A stretch of 64,000 nt of DNA from Methanosuratincola petrocarbonis (GTDB taxonomy: Archaea; Thermoproteota; Methanomethylicia; Methanomethylicales; Methanomethylicaceae), in the NCBI GenBank assembly GCA_030522375.1, contig CP130488.1:1253005-1317004 (forward strand). The letters are read 5' to 3'. Shown piece after piece: positions 1-9,325 of the stretch. The notes beneath the pieces were generated by a model. The model was not told the origin of the DNA and ran no database searches. It was given only the letters and a program-made list of their open reading frames with translations. Both the position numbers and the translations under genes were made by a program. Each line of letters starts with the position of its first letter. The stretch's first letter is position 1.

Positions 1-405
1 GACGGGATCCGGAGGGGCAAGGAGTTCGTCATTGAGGCGGAATTAGGGGAATCGATGCTCCAGATGGATCGAGAATGCTTCGGCTATGAAAGGCACATGG
101 TTATCGGAGAGCTGGCAAAGAGGGGGGCGGTGCTTAAGCTTGAAGGGTACGATGGATTCGCCATAGTGAGGAAGGATCCCGTTGAGCCCTCAGTCGGACC
201 TGTGATCTCAGGCGAAATCGGGGCTGGGAATGAGCTCCTCCTCGCATCGCTAGAGTTCGCTGGACCGAATGCCAAGGCAGTGGTTCTGGAGGAAGGTCTC
301 GGGTTTCTCAATTACGAGGAGAGGATCAGGAGGCTATATCTGGGCGCCCCGCCGAAGATAGATCGCAGCAGGGCGGTCGCTTTCGCCGGGCTTGAGCTGG
401 GGTGA
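1..405 (+). CDS. GNAT-family acetyltransferase-like protein, C-terminal part (5' truncated by window edge)
   Basis: Frame is open from base 1; C-terminus ...RLYLGAPPKIDRSRAVAFAGLELG resembles the tail of two-domain GNAT (YitH-like) proteins. Confidence 0.5.
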   Translation, partial: DGIRRGKEFVIEAELGESMLQMDRECFGYERHMVIGELAKRGAVLKLEGYDGFAIVRKDPVEPSVGPVISGEIGAGNELLLASLEFAGPNAKAVVLEEGLGFLNYEERIRRLYLGAPPKIDRSRAVAFAGLELG

Positions 406-409
406 TAAT

Positions 410-1585
410 TTGCAGGTATTCAACACTAAGAGCGGGAGCAAAGAGGAGCTGATCACATCTGATCCAGGAATGGTGAAAGCCTACATATGCGGGCCGACGG
501 TTTACGACTATTGCCACATAGGGCACGCCAGGACCTACATAAACTTCGACGTTTTCAGGAGGTACCTCGAGGCGCTCGGCTACGACTTCATGCATGTACA
601 GAATTTCACGGACATAGACGACAAGATAACCGAGCGCGCAGTCACACAAGGTAAGGCCCCGAGTGAAATCGCGGAGTACTTTATCCAAGAATACTTCAAG
701 GACATGGACAGTCTAGGCGTCAAGAGTGCGACGGTTTACACGAGAGTATCTGAGTTTGTCCCGAAGATTGCAGAGGCAACAGCAAGGTTGCTAGAGCGGG
801 GTTTAGCTTACAGATCAGGTAACGCAATATACTTTGACGTACAGAAGGCCGGAGGGTTCGGAGAGCTCATCTCAAGCGTTGAGGAAGCAGTCACAGACAA
901 GATCGAAAAAGGGTCGAAGAAGGGACCGTTCGACTTCACGCTTTGGAGGGAGGGGAAGGAAGGGGAGGAGACATGGGACTCGCCATTAGGTAGGGGGAGA
1001 CCTGGCTGGCACATCCAGTGCGTGGTGATGTCTACCGAATCGCTCGGACCCGAGTTCGACGTACACTGGGGAGGAATGGATCTCATCTACCCGCATCACG
1101 AGTGCGAGGCACTGCTGTCAAAGGCGATTTTCGGGAAGGTTTTCGTGAAATATTGGATTCACAACAACTTCGTCCTGATGAGCGGCGACAAGATGTCAAA
1201 GTCATCGGGGCACCCCGTATACATAAGAGATGTCTTGGAGAAGTTTTCCGGAGATACGCTTAGGGCATTCCTCCTGCAGAGGCACTACCGTGAGAAGATC
1301 GAGTATTCCGAAGATGGCCTGGAAGGCGCCGAAAGGAGGCTGCAGACCATTAGAGAAGGGGCGAAAATTGCCAGGAAGGGCAGGGGTGAGGGAGGCATGA
1401 GCGCGTGTGTAAAGGACTATGCGGACATGTTTTTCGGCAGCCTCGACGATGACCTGCGGACGGGAGAGGCTCTGACGATCGCGGAGAGGCTGGCATGGGA
1501 GATTACGGAAGGGAAAGAGAAGGATTTCACCGGGGCTTGGAAGGTTTTCGACGCTGTTGAAGGGATCCTTGGGATCAGGCTCTAG
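410..1585 (+). CDS. cysS: Cysteine--tRNA ligase, short form lacking the C-terminal anticodon-binding domain
   Basis: YICGPTVYDYCHIGHAR (HIGH), GRPGWHIQC, GGMDLIYPHHECE, KMSKS; TTG start at 410 after a GGTGA RBS. Confidence 0.9.
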   Translation: MQVFNTKSGSKEELITSDPGMVKAYICGPTVYDYCHIGHARTYINFDVFRRYLEALGYDFMHVQNFTDIDDKITERAVTQGKAPSEIAEYFIQEYFKDMDSLGVKSATVYTRVSEFVPKIAEATARLLERGLAYRSGNAIYFDVQKAGGFGELISSVEEAVTDKIEKGSKKGPFDFTLWREGKEGEETWDSPLGRGRPGWHIQCVVMSTESLGPEFDVHWGGMDLIYPHHECEALLSKAIFGKVFVKYWIHNNFVLMSGDKMSKSSGHPVYIRDVLEKFSGDTLRAFLLQRHYREKIEYSEDGLEGAERRLQTIREGAKIARKGRGEGGMSACVKDYADMFFGSLDDDLRTGEALTIAERLAWEITEGKEKDFTGAWKVFDAVEGILGIRL

Positions 1586-1652
1586 GATCAGAACCCAGCA
1601 GCGGCTTACTTCAAGATGCTGCTGGGAATAGGATCCTCTGGCGAGGCAGGTC

Positions 1653-2102
1653 TTAAGCCCCTTCTGCCCCCACCCAATATCCGCCGTCTTCTGTTATCTC
1701 CTTCTTCCAGATGGGAGCCTCGTGCTTAACCCTGTAAACAGCCTGTCGCACAGCCTCGAAACCAGAGTCGCTCCTCTCAGAGGCTATCGCAATGAAGAGA
1801 ACTTCCTCGCCTGGTACGAACGTACCATACCGATGGCATATGAGAACGTCCCTGACCCCGTCTATCTTTGAAATGTCCTCAGCTATACTCTGGAGCGACT
1901 CCTTTGCTGGCTCCTCGTATGCCTCGTACTCCAGTAGAACCACCCTCGATCCTCCTCGGGTAGATCCCCTAACGGTCCCGATGAAGGTGATTAAGGCACC
2001 GTAGGATCCCACTCCCAGATTCGACTTCGCTAGAGAGATTAGCCTTTCGGCGCTGAACCCTTCCTCTTTTTTTGACAGGATACCCATCGGCATATTCAGC
2101 AC
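1653..2102 (-). CDS. moaE: Molybdopterin synthase catalytic subunit
   Basis: GALITFIGTVR, LEYEAY, HRYG, KHEAPIWKKE motifs. Confidence 0.92.
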   Translation of the reverse strand: MLNMPMGILSKKEEGFSAERLISLAKSNLGVGSYGALITFIGTVRGSTRGGSRVVLLEYEAYEEPAKESLQSIAEDISKIDGVRDVLICHRYGTFVPGEEVLFIAIASERSDSGFEAVRQAVYRVKHEAPIWKKEITEDGGYWVGAEGA

Positions 2103-2163
2103 AGGGATTTATCAAAAGCACACTAAAATAACTGTTCTCCTCTGGATAGCCGGGGGAAGGACC

Positions 2164-3324
2164 TTGGAATGCGGGATTTGCGGCAAGCACTATTCAGACG
2201 ATCTTCTGGAACTGCTTTCCGAGGTTTATGGTCCAAGGCTCCCGGGAGTGCTTGAGAGGCTCAGTACCCCGCCGAGCAGATATGCGGTCAGGGTCAACAC
2301 CCTCAAGGGGAACGTGGATGAGGTTGTAAGTTTCTTCAGGGCAATTGGTGTTGACTGTCGAGTCCATGAACAGATAGAGGAGGCCGTAATGATCGCTGTC
2401 GAGGGCCCGTTCAAAGTCGATCCCTCAGGGAATTCGATCACCGCAAAGAAACATGCAGCTGAGAGCGTCATGCTCGGAAGCAACCTCTACATGCCTGGGA
2501 TCATGAGGATGCAGAGGATCAAGGTAGGCGAAACTGTGCGGGTCGAAGACCCCCGAGGGCACTTGGTCGGGGCTGGCATTTCCAAGATACATTCAGGATT
2601 GCGGGGCGCGAAAGGGATCGCCGTTTCCACGTCTCAGAGCATATACAGGTTGCCGCCGATACGGGAGACCATTTTATTCTCGGAAGGAAAGCTCCAGGAA
2701 CAGAGCCTTCCCGCGATACTTACCTCAAGAGTTCTGGATCCCCAGCCTGGGGAAATAATCGTTGACATGTGCGCTGCGCCAGGAGGCAAGGCTGCCCACA
2801 TTGCGCAGCTGCAGTGTGAGAAGGGGAGGGTTCTCGCTTTCGAGCACTCTCCCAGGAGGGCGTCTAGGATGACAGAGGAGCTTGGGCGCCTCGGGATCAG
2901 ATCTGTTCTGGTCGAGAGGGCGGATTCAAGATATCTGGACAGAGACTACCCTACGCTGAGGGCGGACAGGGTGCTAGTCGACCCCCCGTGCACAGCCCTC
3001 GGCGTCAGGCCGAAACTCTACGAGGAGGCTACTGCGGCGGAGGTCTTCTCGTCAGCAGCATTCCAAAAGCAGTTCCTGAGGGCTGCCGCAAGGATCGTGA
3101 AGCCCCTAGGTGTAATCGTGTACTCGACGTGCACGCTGTCGATTCAGGAAAATGAGGGCGTGGTCCGGTTCGCTGTCGAGGAGCTCGGGCTTGAGCTCGA
3201 GGAGCCCCCAATCAGGGTGAACGTGGCCGGGCAGGGGATCGGGTTCAAGGAGTGCATCAGGTTTGACCCAGACGTTAGCGAAACGCCCGGATACTTCATC
3301 GCGAGGTTCACAAGGAACCGTTGA
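2164..3324 (+). CDS. RsmB/NOP2-family RNA m5C methyltransferase with PUA domain
   Basis: VRVNTLK, DMCAAPGGK, LVDPPCTALG, YSTCT motifs. Confidence 0.92.
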   Translation: MECGICGKHYSDDLLELLSEVYGPRLPGVLERLSTPPSRYAVRVNTLKGNVDEVVSFFRAIGVDCRVHEQIEEAVMIAVEGPFKVDPSGNSITAKKHAAESVMLGSNLYMPGIMRMQRIKVGETVRVEDPRGHLVGAGISKIHSGLRGAKGIAVSTSQSIYRLPPIRETILFSEGKLQEQSLPAILTSRVLDPQPGEIIVDMCAAPGGKAAHIAQLQCEKGRVLAFEHSPRRASRMTEELGRLGIRSVLVERADSRYLDRDYPTLRADRVLVDPPCTALGVRPKLYEEATAAEVFSSAAFQKQFLRAAARIVKPLGVIVYSTCTLSIQENEGVVRFAVEELGLELEEPPIRVNVAGQGIGFKECIRFDPDVSETPGYFIARFTRNR

Positions 3325-3838
3325 TCTTCCTCTTGCTGTAGACCTTCCTCTTAAGCGAATGTCCGCACACCTGGCAAGTGGTTAGCTTCTTGGACTGGTC
3401 ATAAGTGGCCCCGCATGCAGGGCAGTAAAGGAACCACCAGAACTCCTCGGCTATCCCCTTTGTTACCATCGGCTTGAAGTCTATCGAAAGGAGGGTGCAT
3501 AGGTTCTGCAGACTATAGTCGTCGCTCACGACAAGGACACTCTCCCCCTCGCTATCTAGTTCGAGTGCCAGTGCAACTACCTCGAGATCAGTATCAGATA
3601 GCACAGTGAGGTCCCCGGTCGAGGAGGCGCGGGTCTTCACTACTGTCACATACTCGGGTCGCGGTGCCCTCACTTTAAGGCGCCCGCTGGCGATCGAGAC
3701 CTCTGTTACAGACCGCGTCCTTCCAGCATAAAGCTCGGCCTCGACGCCTGGAGTTATGTAGTGGGTCCCTTCGACTAGCCTCGGGTTGAAGCCGTAGATT
3801 ATTGCTGACGTGTCGAGCACATAAGTCTTGGAGGCCAC
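3308..3838 (-). CDS. nob1: Nob1 endoribonuclease (PIN domain plus Zn ribbon)
   Basis: YVLDTSA, LSDTDLEVVALA, SDDYSLQN, CPAC/CQVC. Confidence 0.92.
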   Translation of the reverse strand: MASKTYVLDTSAIIYGFNPRLVEGTHYITPGVEAELYAGRTRSVTEVSIASGRLKVRAPRPEYVTVVKTRASSTGDLTVLSDTDLEVVALALELDSEGESVLVVSDDYSLQNLCTLLSIDFKPMVTKGIAEEFWWFLYCPACGATYDQSKKLTTCQVCGHSLKRKVYSKRKINGSL

Positions 3839-4674
3839 TATGCCTCAAACCCCATATTCAGAGATTTCCTAACCTTTTCATAAAAGTCAACGGGGGCAGT
3901 CCTCAGGAAGACCGCCGGCGTCCTAGACTTCTCAACAAGAATTTTTTCTCCATCCTCTAGGTCGACAGAGACCTGCCCGTCCAATATTAGCAGTCCTCTG
4001 GATGAACCAGGCAATAAAGTGATCTCGACCCTTGCAGACGGGGGCAGGATTATCGGGCGCACCCCGTGATGGAGAGGGCATACGAATACCACCTCAATGA
4101 CGTCTAAGCCAGGATCTATAAGCGGGCCTCCTGCAGAGAGGGCGTATGCTGTCGCCCCAGTAGTCGTGGATACAATGACGCCATCAGCCATCCCGCGATG
4201 GATGGGCTTGCCGTCTGCAGAGACTGAAAATCGGATTATCTTTGAGGGTCTCGCGGAGGTCACAAGCACCTCGTTCAGTGCATCAGGGAGCCGGCGCCCC
4301 TTGAAGTCGACCGAGAGCTTGGTCTTGTATTCGAGGTAGGTCTTGCCCTCTAAGACGCGGGTTAGTGTGGCGACCGCCTCTTCCGGGACCGTCTCGCAGA
4401 GGAAGCCCCGTGCGCCAACCTTTATGCCGAGTATTGGCATCGATTCCACCATTTGGGCAGTACGCATTATCGTGCCGTCACCGCCCACAACAACGATCAG
4501 GTCGGCTGAAATCGCAGCAGTGGGATTCGGCCCGAAGCCGCTCTCTTTCGTCATCTCTGCAGGGCGGATCACCTCGACCCCCTTCGAGGAGAGAAAGCAC
4601 CCCACGTCCGTGGCTACCCTCGCGGCCTCCTCAGAATTCGGCTTGGCGACAATCCCTACTCTCGAGATCCTCAA
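3838..4674 (-). CDS. nadK: NAD(+) kinase
   Basis: GGDGT, LNE, ADGVIVSTTTGATAYALSAGGP. Confidence 0.93.
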   Translation of the reverse strand: MRISRVGIVAKPNSEEAARVATDVGCFLSSKGVEVIRPAEMTKESGFGPNPTAAISADLIVVVGGDGTIMRTAQMVESMPILGIKVGARGFLCETVPEEAVATLTRVLEGKTYLEYKTKLSVDFKGRRLPDALNEVLVTSARPSKIIRFSVSADGKPIHRGMADGVIVSTTTGATAYALSAGGPLIDPGLDVIEVVFVCPLHHGVRPIILPPSARVEITLLPGSSRGLLILDGQVSVDLEDGEKILVEKSRTPAVFLRTAPVDFYEKVRKSLNMGFEA

Positions 4675-4846
4675 AACCTTCCTACTCCGCTAGTATTGTG
4701 CAACCAAGGCTGTTTTATAACTTCTTCGTGTCAAGTAAAACGGAATGGAAAAATTCCCATAAAAGGCTTATAAATCTTAGGTTGGTTTATCCAACCTTGA
4801 AATTCTTTATATAAAAGCATCAAGATAAAAAATCGAAGGTGATTAT

Positions 4847-5872
4847 ATGGCCGAAATGACGCCGCGTAAACGTGCCCTTCTTTGCGTCACAGGCAACAAA
4901 AAGCGGGCGGACAGGATAAGCTGCATGGACACTCTGACCACAGCAACAGTCGAGCAGATGAATGCAGTAAACGCGCCATTCCCTGAGGCGAACAGGGATC
5001 CGCAGCTTGCTTTCAAGCTCGCAGCCGCTGCCTGGGAGGTAATAGGGCTAGAGGGTTTCAAACTTCCTTTCGATCTCTGTGTCGAAGCAGAGGCGTTCGG
5101 GTGCAAGATTAATTGGGGGAGGATAGACAGGCACCCCAGCGTGGAGACGCATGCATTTAATGACCTGAAGGATCTCAAGATTCCGGAGAACATCGTTGAG
5201 ACCGGAAGGTTCCCGCTGAAGCACAGGGTCGAGGAGATGCTCAGGAAGGAGTATGGCGACTACCTGCCCGTGATCAACCAAGTTACGGGACCTTTCACGG
5301 TAGCCGGGCACATCTTCGGTATTGAGAAGTTCTGCATATGGACCAAGAAGAGGCCGCTTGAGGAGGTCAAGGAGGCGCTGATGCGCATATCAGATATGAA
5401 CGTCGATGACTGCAAGATAGCACTACAGAGCGGTGCCGACGTGGTCTGCATCGCGGACCCCTCTGCGACCTCGGACATCCTGTCTCCACAGTTCTTCAGG
5501 GACGTTATGGTCCCAGTATACCAGAACATGGCAAGGAAGATCGGGGCGCCAGTAGTGCTTCACATCTGCGGCAACACTTCGGCTTATCTGCCCTACATAG
5601 CGGACACCGGGTTCGACGCATTCTCGATTGATGCTCAAGTCGATCCCGCGTTTGCAAAGGCTATCGTGGGCGACAAGATAGCAATAGTCGGAGGCGTGCC
5701 GACAATTACTGCGCTGCTGTTCGGCACTCCTCAGAAGGTCAGGGAGGCGGCTGTCGACGCTATCAGGAAGGGAGTCGATGTGCTGATGCCCTCCTGTGGA
5801 ATACCCCCGAGGACTCCGACTGCGAACTTCAAGGCGATGGTCGAAGTAGCAAGATGCATGGTTTATGTGTGA
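4847..5872 (+). CDS. mtaA: MtaA/MtbA-family methylcobamide:CoM methyltransferase (UroD fold)
   Basis: LPFDLCVEAEAFG, GPFT, IADP; Zn ligands LHICG and PSCG. Confidence 0.85.
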   Translation: MAEMTPRKRALLCVTGNKKRADRISCMDTLTTATVEQMNAVNAPFPEANRDPQLAFKLAAAAWEVIGLEGFKLPFDLCVEAEAFGCKINWGRIDRHPSVETHAFNDLKDLKIPENIVETGRFPLKHRVEEMLRKEYGDYLPVINQVTGPFTVAGHIFGIEKFCIWTKKRPLEEVKEALMRISDMNVDDCKIALQSGADVVCIADPSATSDILSPQFFRDVMVPVYQNMARKIGAPVVLHICGNTSAYLPYIADTGFDAFSIDAQVDPAFAKAIVGDKIAIVGGVPTITALLFGTPQKVREAAVDAIRKGVDVLMPSCGIPPRTPTANFKAMVEVARCMVYV

Positions 5873-5882
5873 GGTGTTAGAG

Positions 5883-6557
5883 ATGGCAACTAGAGAGGAA
5901 ATCATAAACGGATTTGTAAAGGCTATAGTCGACGGGGACGAGGCGGCTGCTGCCAAGTGGGCGAACGAAGCGGTCGCGGCGAAATTGGACGCATACGAGC
6001 TTGTGACCAAGTACGGCGGCGACGCAATGAGCGTTGTGAACCAGAAGTACGAGAAGAAGGAGTACTTTGTCCCCGAGGTCCTCTGCTCTGCGAATGCGCT
6101 GAATGCCGCAGTGGAAGTGCTCACTCCCCACATGAAGGCTGACAAGACCACTGTGCCTGCGAAAGTGGTCCTCGGAGTGGTCGAAGGAGACATCCACGAC
6201 ATAGGGAAGAACTTGGTCAAGATCATGCTCAGCGCTGCGGGATTCAACGTCATTGACCTAGGCAAGGATGTGCCGCTGGCGAAGTTTCTGGAGACTGCGA
6301 AGGACAACAAGGCAGAGGTCGTCGGTATGTCTGCGCTGATGAGCACAACGATGCCGGCGATGAAGAAAGTGATTGACATGTTCGCCCAAGCAGGGGTCAG
6401 GAACAAGGTCAAGATAATCGTCGGAGGCGGCCCAGTAACCGAGGAGTGGGCACTGTCGATAGGCGCAGATGCAAGGCCTCACGATGCTTCAGCAGCAGTG
6501 GGAGTCACGAAAGATCTAGTGGCTAAGCTGAAGCAGGATCCTTCGAGTGCCTGGTAA
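5883..6557 (+). CDS. Methyltransferase cognate corrinoid protein (MtaC/MtbC/MttC family)
   Basis: VEGDIHDIGKNLV (DxHxxG), SALMSTT, VGGGPV; ATG 5883 after a GAGGTG RBS. Confidence 0.92.
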   Translation: MATREEIINGFVKAIVDGDEAAAAKWANEAVAAKLDAYELVTKYGGDAMSVVNQKYEKKEYFVPEVLCSANALNAAVEVLTPHMKADKTTVPAKVVLGVVEGDIHDIGKNLVKIMLSAAGFNVIDLGKDVPLAKFLETAKDNKAEVVGMSALMSTTMPAMKKVIDMFAQAGVRNKVKIIVGGGPVTEEWALSIGADARPHDASAAVGVTKDLVAKLKQDPSSAW

Positions 6558-6568
6558 AGGCACCCCCA

Positions 6569-6594
6569 TTTTTATTTATTTTATTTCTTTTGTT
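6569..6594 (+). terminator. T-rich archaeal terminator after the mtaA-corrinoid pair
   Basis: TTTTTATTTATTTTATTTCTTTTGTT 12 nt after the stop codon. Confidence 0.6.
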
Positions 6595-6802
6595 CGGTTA
6601 ACCTTTTCCGCGCAGATCCCCCAAAGGCTGCAGGAAAGAGGCCGGGTTTGGAACGGGGGCGCAGAGAAGATCAAGATGAAAATTGGATTGAGCCTCTGAA
6701 AGTGCTTCAGAAACCATCCATTTTACTTACTATTTTGTTCATTTGTAGAACAGGAACACTTAAATAACATACTTGTTAAGCTTTAATGAGAACTTTTTGG
6801 TA

Positions 6803-7162
6803 GTGACATTATTGAAAAAGACAAAAGTCGATAAAAACGCTTTCCATGGATTAGATTTGCCAGAGCTGGAACAAATCAGGAAGCGGATGGCAAGCGATCC
6901 TTCGCTGGAGGAACGTCTTAAAAAGGATTTTCATGGCACCCTTAAGAAAGAGGGGATCAAGGTAGACAGCGCCTTTAGGGACAAGGTGATGGAGAAGCTG
7001 AATTCGAAAGTGAGGGCAGATCTGAGGGAGATTGTCGCGAAAAGGCCAGAGGCTAAGAATTGGTACCTGAAACGCGTTTTGGAAGGGAAGCCATTGAAGA
7101 TACATGTGCACATAGACAAGGAGACGGGCAGATGCGAGAAGTCGCTCGGAGGCGGGGGCTAA
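6803..7162 (+). CDS. Hypothetical basic helical protein, translationally coupled to the next gene
   Basis: Open frame with protein-like composition; stop overlaps the next ATG (TAATG); start uncertain (6773, 6803 or 6812). Confidence 0.7.
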   Translation: MTLLKKTKVDKNAFHGLDLPELEQIRKRMASDPSLEERLKKDFHGTLKKEGIKVDSAFRDKVMEKLNSKVRADLREIVAKRPEAKNWYLKRVLEGKPLKIHVHIDKETGRCEKSLGGGG

Positions 7163-8736
7163 TGCAAACGGGAGGATACGACGTTGTCTTGGAGTTAAGG
7201 GAAGAGCTACTGAACAAGTTCATGAAGGTTGGCCATTGCATTGGTGCATTCCCAGTTCTCAAGGGGACTTACACGCTCCCAATCCCCAATGTGCCTGACA
7301 GCCTGAAGGAGTTCACAGTGATAGGGTACGAGGTCTCCCTTCCGAAGCCCCCGACAATCGAAGCCACGGCAGATCTGCACTTGCGGATGAATGTGAGGGG
7401 GCAGGCGAAGTTCACGGTGCTTGGGGGTATAGAGTTTGAGATCGAAGTCGAGTTCACCGTGGGGGTCGCCCCGTCTTTCGACCAGGCAACCCGCAGGCTC
7501 AAGATCGACCTGTTGAGCGCAAGCATTGACGACGTCGAGCTGAACGACACTTACCACCTCCCAACTAATGTGATAGCCAAGCTGAATGAGATACTGACGA
7601 TCGCCATGCACGAGTACTTGACAGAAGATCTCACTACCCTGGAGCTGAGTCCGGTCCTATTCGCCACGGAGCTCCCGGATATGCCAGCAGGGGAAGAGAA
7701 CAAGCTAACCATCGGTCTGGGGAATTTCCGCGTCTTGAACCCTTCCACACTGTGTGTCGCAGTCAACTTGCTCGGCTACAACGGCGGTGACATCAACACG
7801 GTCTTGGACTTCACAGATGGGAGCCATATCGGCGTAGGCGTCAACGAAGGGGCAATGCACAGAGTTTATGATTTCTGGTGGGACAGGACGACGCACCCAA
7901 AGTCGGTCACTAAAACGGGTAGGCACGACTTCGACATGCCCTCGATAGTTGACTGGCTGGACGAGCTAGCCGACTGGGTGGTGGCTGCCTGCACGCTTGG
8001 CATTGTCAGCACTGAGATAGATATAAAGCGTGTCTGGGCGGAGTTCGGGGCCACAATAAGGTTCAGCAAGTTTGACTTCGACCTGAAGCCTGGGAATGTT
8101 GTGGAGATCGCAGGGAGCGTCTCGATCGACGCTTGGATGAGGGCGCTAATCACGATACAGACCACAACCTCGCTTTTCTGGGGGCTCTGGGACGTCGACA
8201 CAGAGACCTACACCGGGGAGATATTCAGCCTCTCCGTCAACAACATGGTCATCGACATCGACTCGGCTTCTGCAAAGGTTTACTTGGACGACAAGAATCA
8301 GCTCGTCGTTGACATACTTGACCTAGACATCTCTATACCGCTCGACTGGGAGATACCCGAGTTCCTGCTGAACTATTTTGTCAACTGGCTTATAGACAGG
8401 ATAGTAGAGAACTTGCCGCCGATCGTGCTCTTCCCTGCAGTCATTGAAGAGAGCCTGCCGGGTACCACAGTGAAAGTCAAGGCGACATTCACCAAGCTCT
8501 TAATCGATGAGCCAGAAGCCCTTGTTGCCGCAAACATAGAGACTTCAGGCATTGGAGCGTATGCACCATATGTGGCAAACAAGTCCCCCGAGCACATGGA
8601 GGTCCACAAGAAGGATTGCGAGTGGGCCCATAGGATTGCCATCAGGAACAGGGTCTATTTCTGTGACCTTGAGGAAGCCCTTGCGTCAGGCTACGATGGG
8701 TGCAGGTACTGTATGCCCGAGCACCACCACAGGTAG
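7162..8736 (+). CDS. Hypothetical 524-aa protein: probable two-lobed TULIP/P47-like beta-rich body with C-terminal Ada-type metal-binding domain
   Basis: ATG 7162 after GGAGG; N-terminus MQTGGYDVVLELREELLNK; C-terminus VHKKDC...NRVYFCDLEEALASGYDGCRYC matches the Ada Zn-domain pattern. Confidence 0.75.
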   Translation: MQTGGYDVVLELREELLNKFMKVGHCIGAFPVLKGTYTLPIPNVPDSLKEFTVIGYEVSLPKPPTIEATADLHLRMNVRGQAKFTVLGGIEFEIEVEFTVGVAPSFDQATRRLKIDLLSASIDDVELNDTYHLPTNVIAKLNEILTIAMHEYLTEDLTTLELSPVLFATELPDMPAGEENKLTIGLGNFRVLNPSTLCVAVNLLGYNGGDINTVLDFTDGSHIGVGVNEGAMHRVYDFWWDRTTHPKSVTKTGRHDFDMPSIVDWLDELADWVVAACTLGIVSTEIDIKRVWAEFGATIRFSKFDFDLKPGNVVEIAGSVSIDAWMRALITIQTTTSLFWGLWDVDTETYTGEIFSLSVNNMVIDIDSASAKVYLDDKNQLVVDILDLDISIPLDWEIPEFLLNYFVNWLIDRIVENLPPIVLFPAVIEESLPGTTVKVKATFTKLLIDEPEALVAANIETSGIGAYAPYVANKSPEHMEVHKKDCEWAHRIAIRNRVYFCDLEEALASGYDGCRYCMPEHHHR

Positions 8737-8744
8737 TCAAACCA

Positions 8745-8758
8745 TTTTTTTCCTTTTT
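8745..8758 (+). terminator. T-tract terminator of the two-gene operon
   Basis: TTTTTTTCCTTTTT 8 nt after the stop codon. Confidence 0.55.
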
Positions 8759-8830
8759 CCCGATTTATGGGCTGATGTGCCCTGAAGGCAGGCGGATTTA
8801 TGAAGAGATTTTGGGTCATTTTTCAAACAA

Positions 8831-8862
8831 TCAGCTACCCACGTCTGAATGATGTGAGCTTC
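8831..8862 (-). mobile_element. IS200/IS605-type right-end hairpin remnant (copy A)
   Basis: Minus strand GAAGCTCACATCATTCAGACGTGGGTAGCTGA; similar to the copies at 34288 and 52277. Confidence 0.55.
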
Positions 8863-8977
8863 TCACTTCCTTGACCGAACTTGATTATCCCTTTGAATAA
8901 GCATCAGTTCAGCACCGCTAAGAACGCATAAAGTGCTCGGATCAGAGGTAAGACACGGGGGAAATAAAAAAAGGATG

Positions 8978-9325
8978 CTAAATGATTGCTAAAAACGCAA
9001 AGCCGAGCAGAGCCAACACTATGCCGATGATTATGAAGACAACGACTGTCACTATTGCGATCAGCAATGCCTTGAGCCACCCGCAGTCAAAGAAGTGCTT
9101 GATCAGTGCGAGCCAGATTATCAGCATGATTATGGTGCCAATCAGCCCCAATTCGAAGTAGCCGAATATCGCGCCGACAATAGTTCCGATCACGACGATC
9201 CAAATCGCATCAGTGAACTTAGCCTTGTCTTTGCCGACAAGCCACCTACCCACAAGCCAGAGTACTGGGGACAGAAAAATTACGCTGACAACTAGGTTTA
9301 TTAATACAGAAACCAAGTCCGCCAT
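8978..9325 (-). CDS. Small hypothetical membrane protein (about 4 TM)
   Basis: 115 aa, four hydrophobic segments, ATG start. Confidence 0.8.
   Translation of the reverse strand: MADLVSVLINLVVSVIFLSPVLWLVGRWLVGKDKAKFTDAIWIVVIGTIVGAIFGYFELGLIGTIIMLIIWLALIKHFFDCGWLKALLIAIVTVVVFIIIGIVLALLGFAFLAII

Noticed and set aside
1583-1730. Pyrrolysine readthrough of the cysS amber stop
   Set aside because: The readthrough peptide overlaps moaE and does not resemble the anticodon domain. TAG is also the ordinary stop for many core genes here (srp54, pus10, pcn, priL, ileS).
5423-6412. Long antisense ORFs (329 aa here; also 44494-45270, 58980-59765 and many shorter ones)
   Set aside because: Shadow ORFs opposite well-supported genes in GC-rich DNA, with no motifs.
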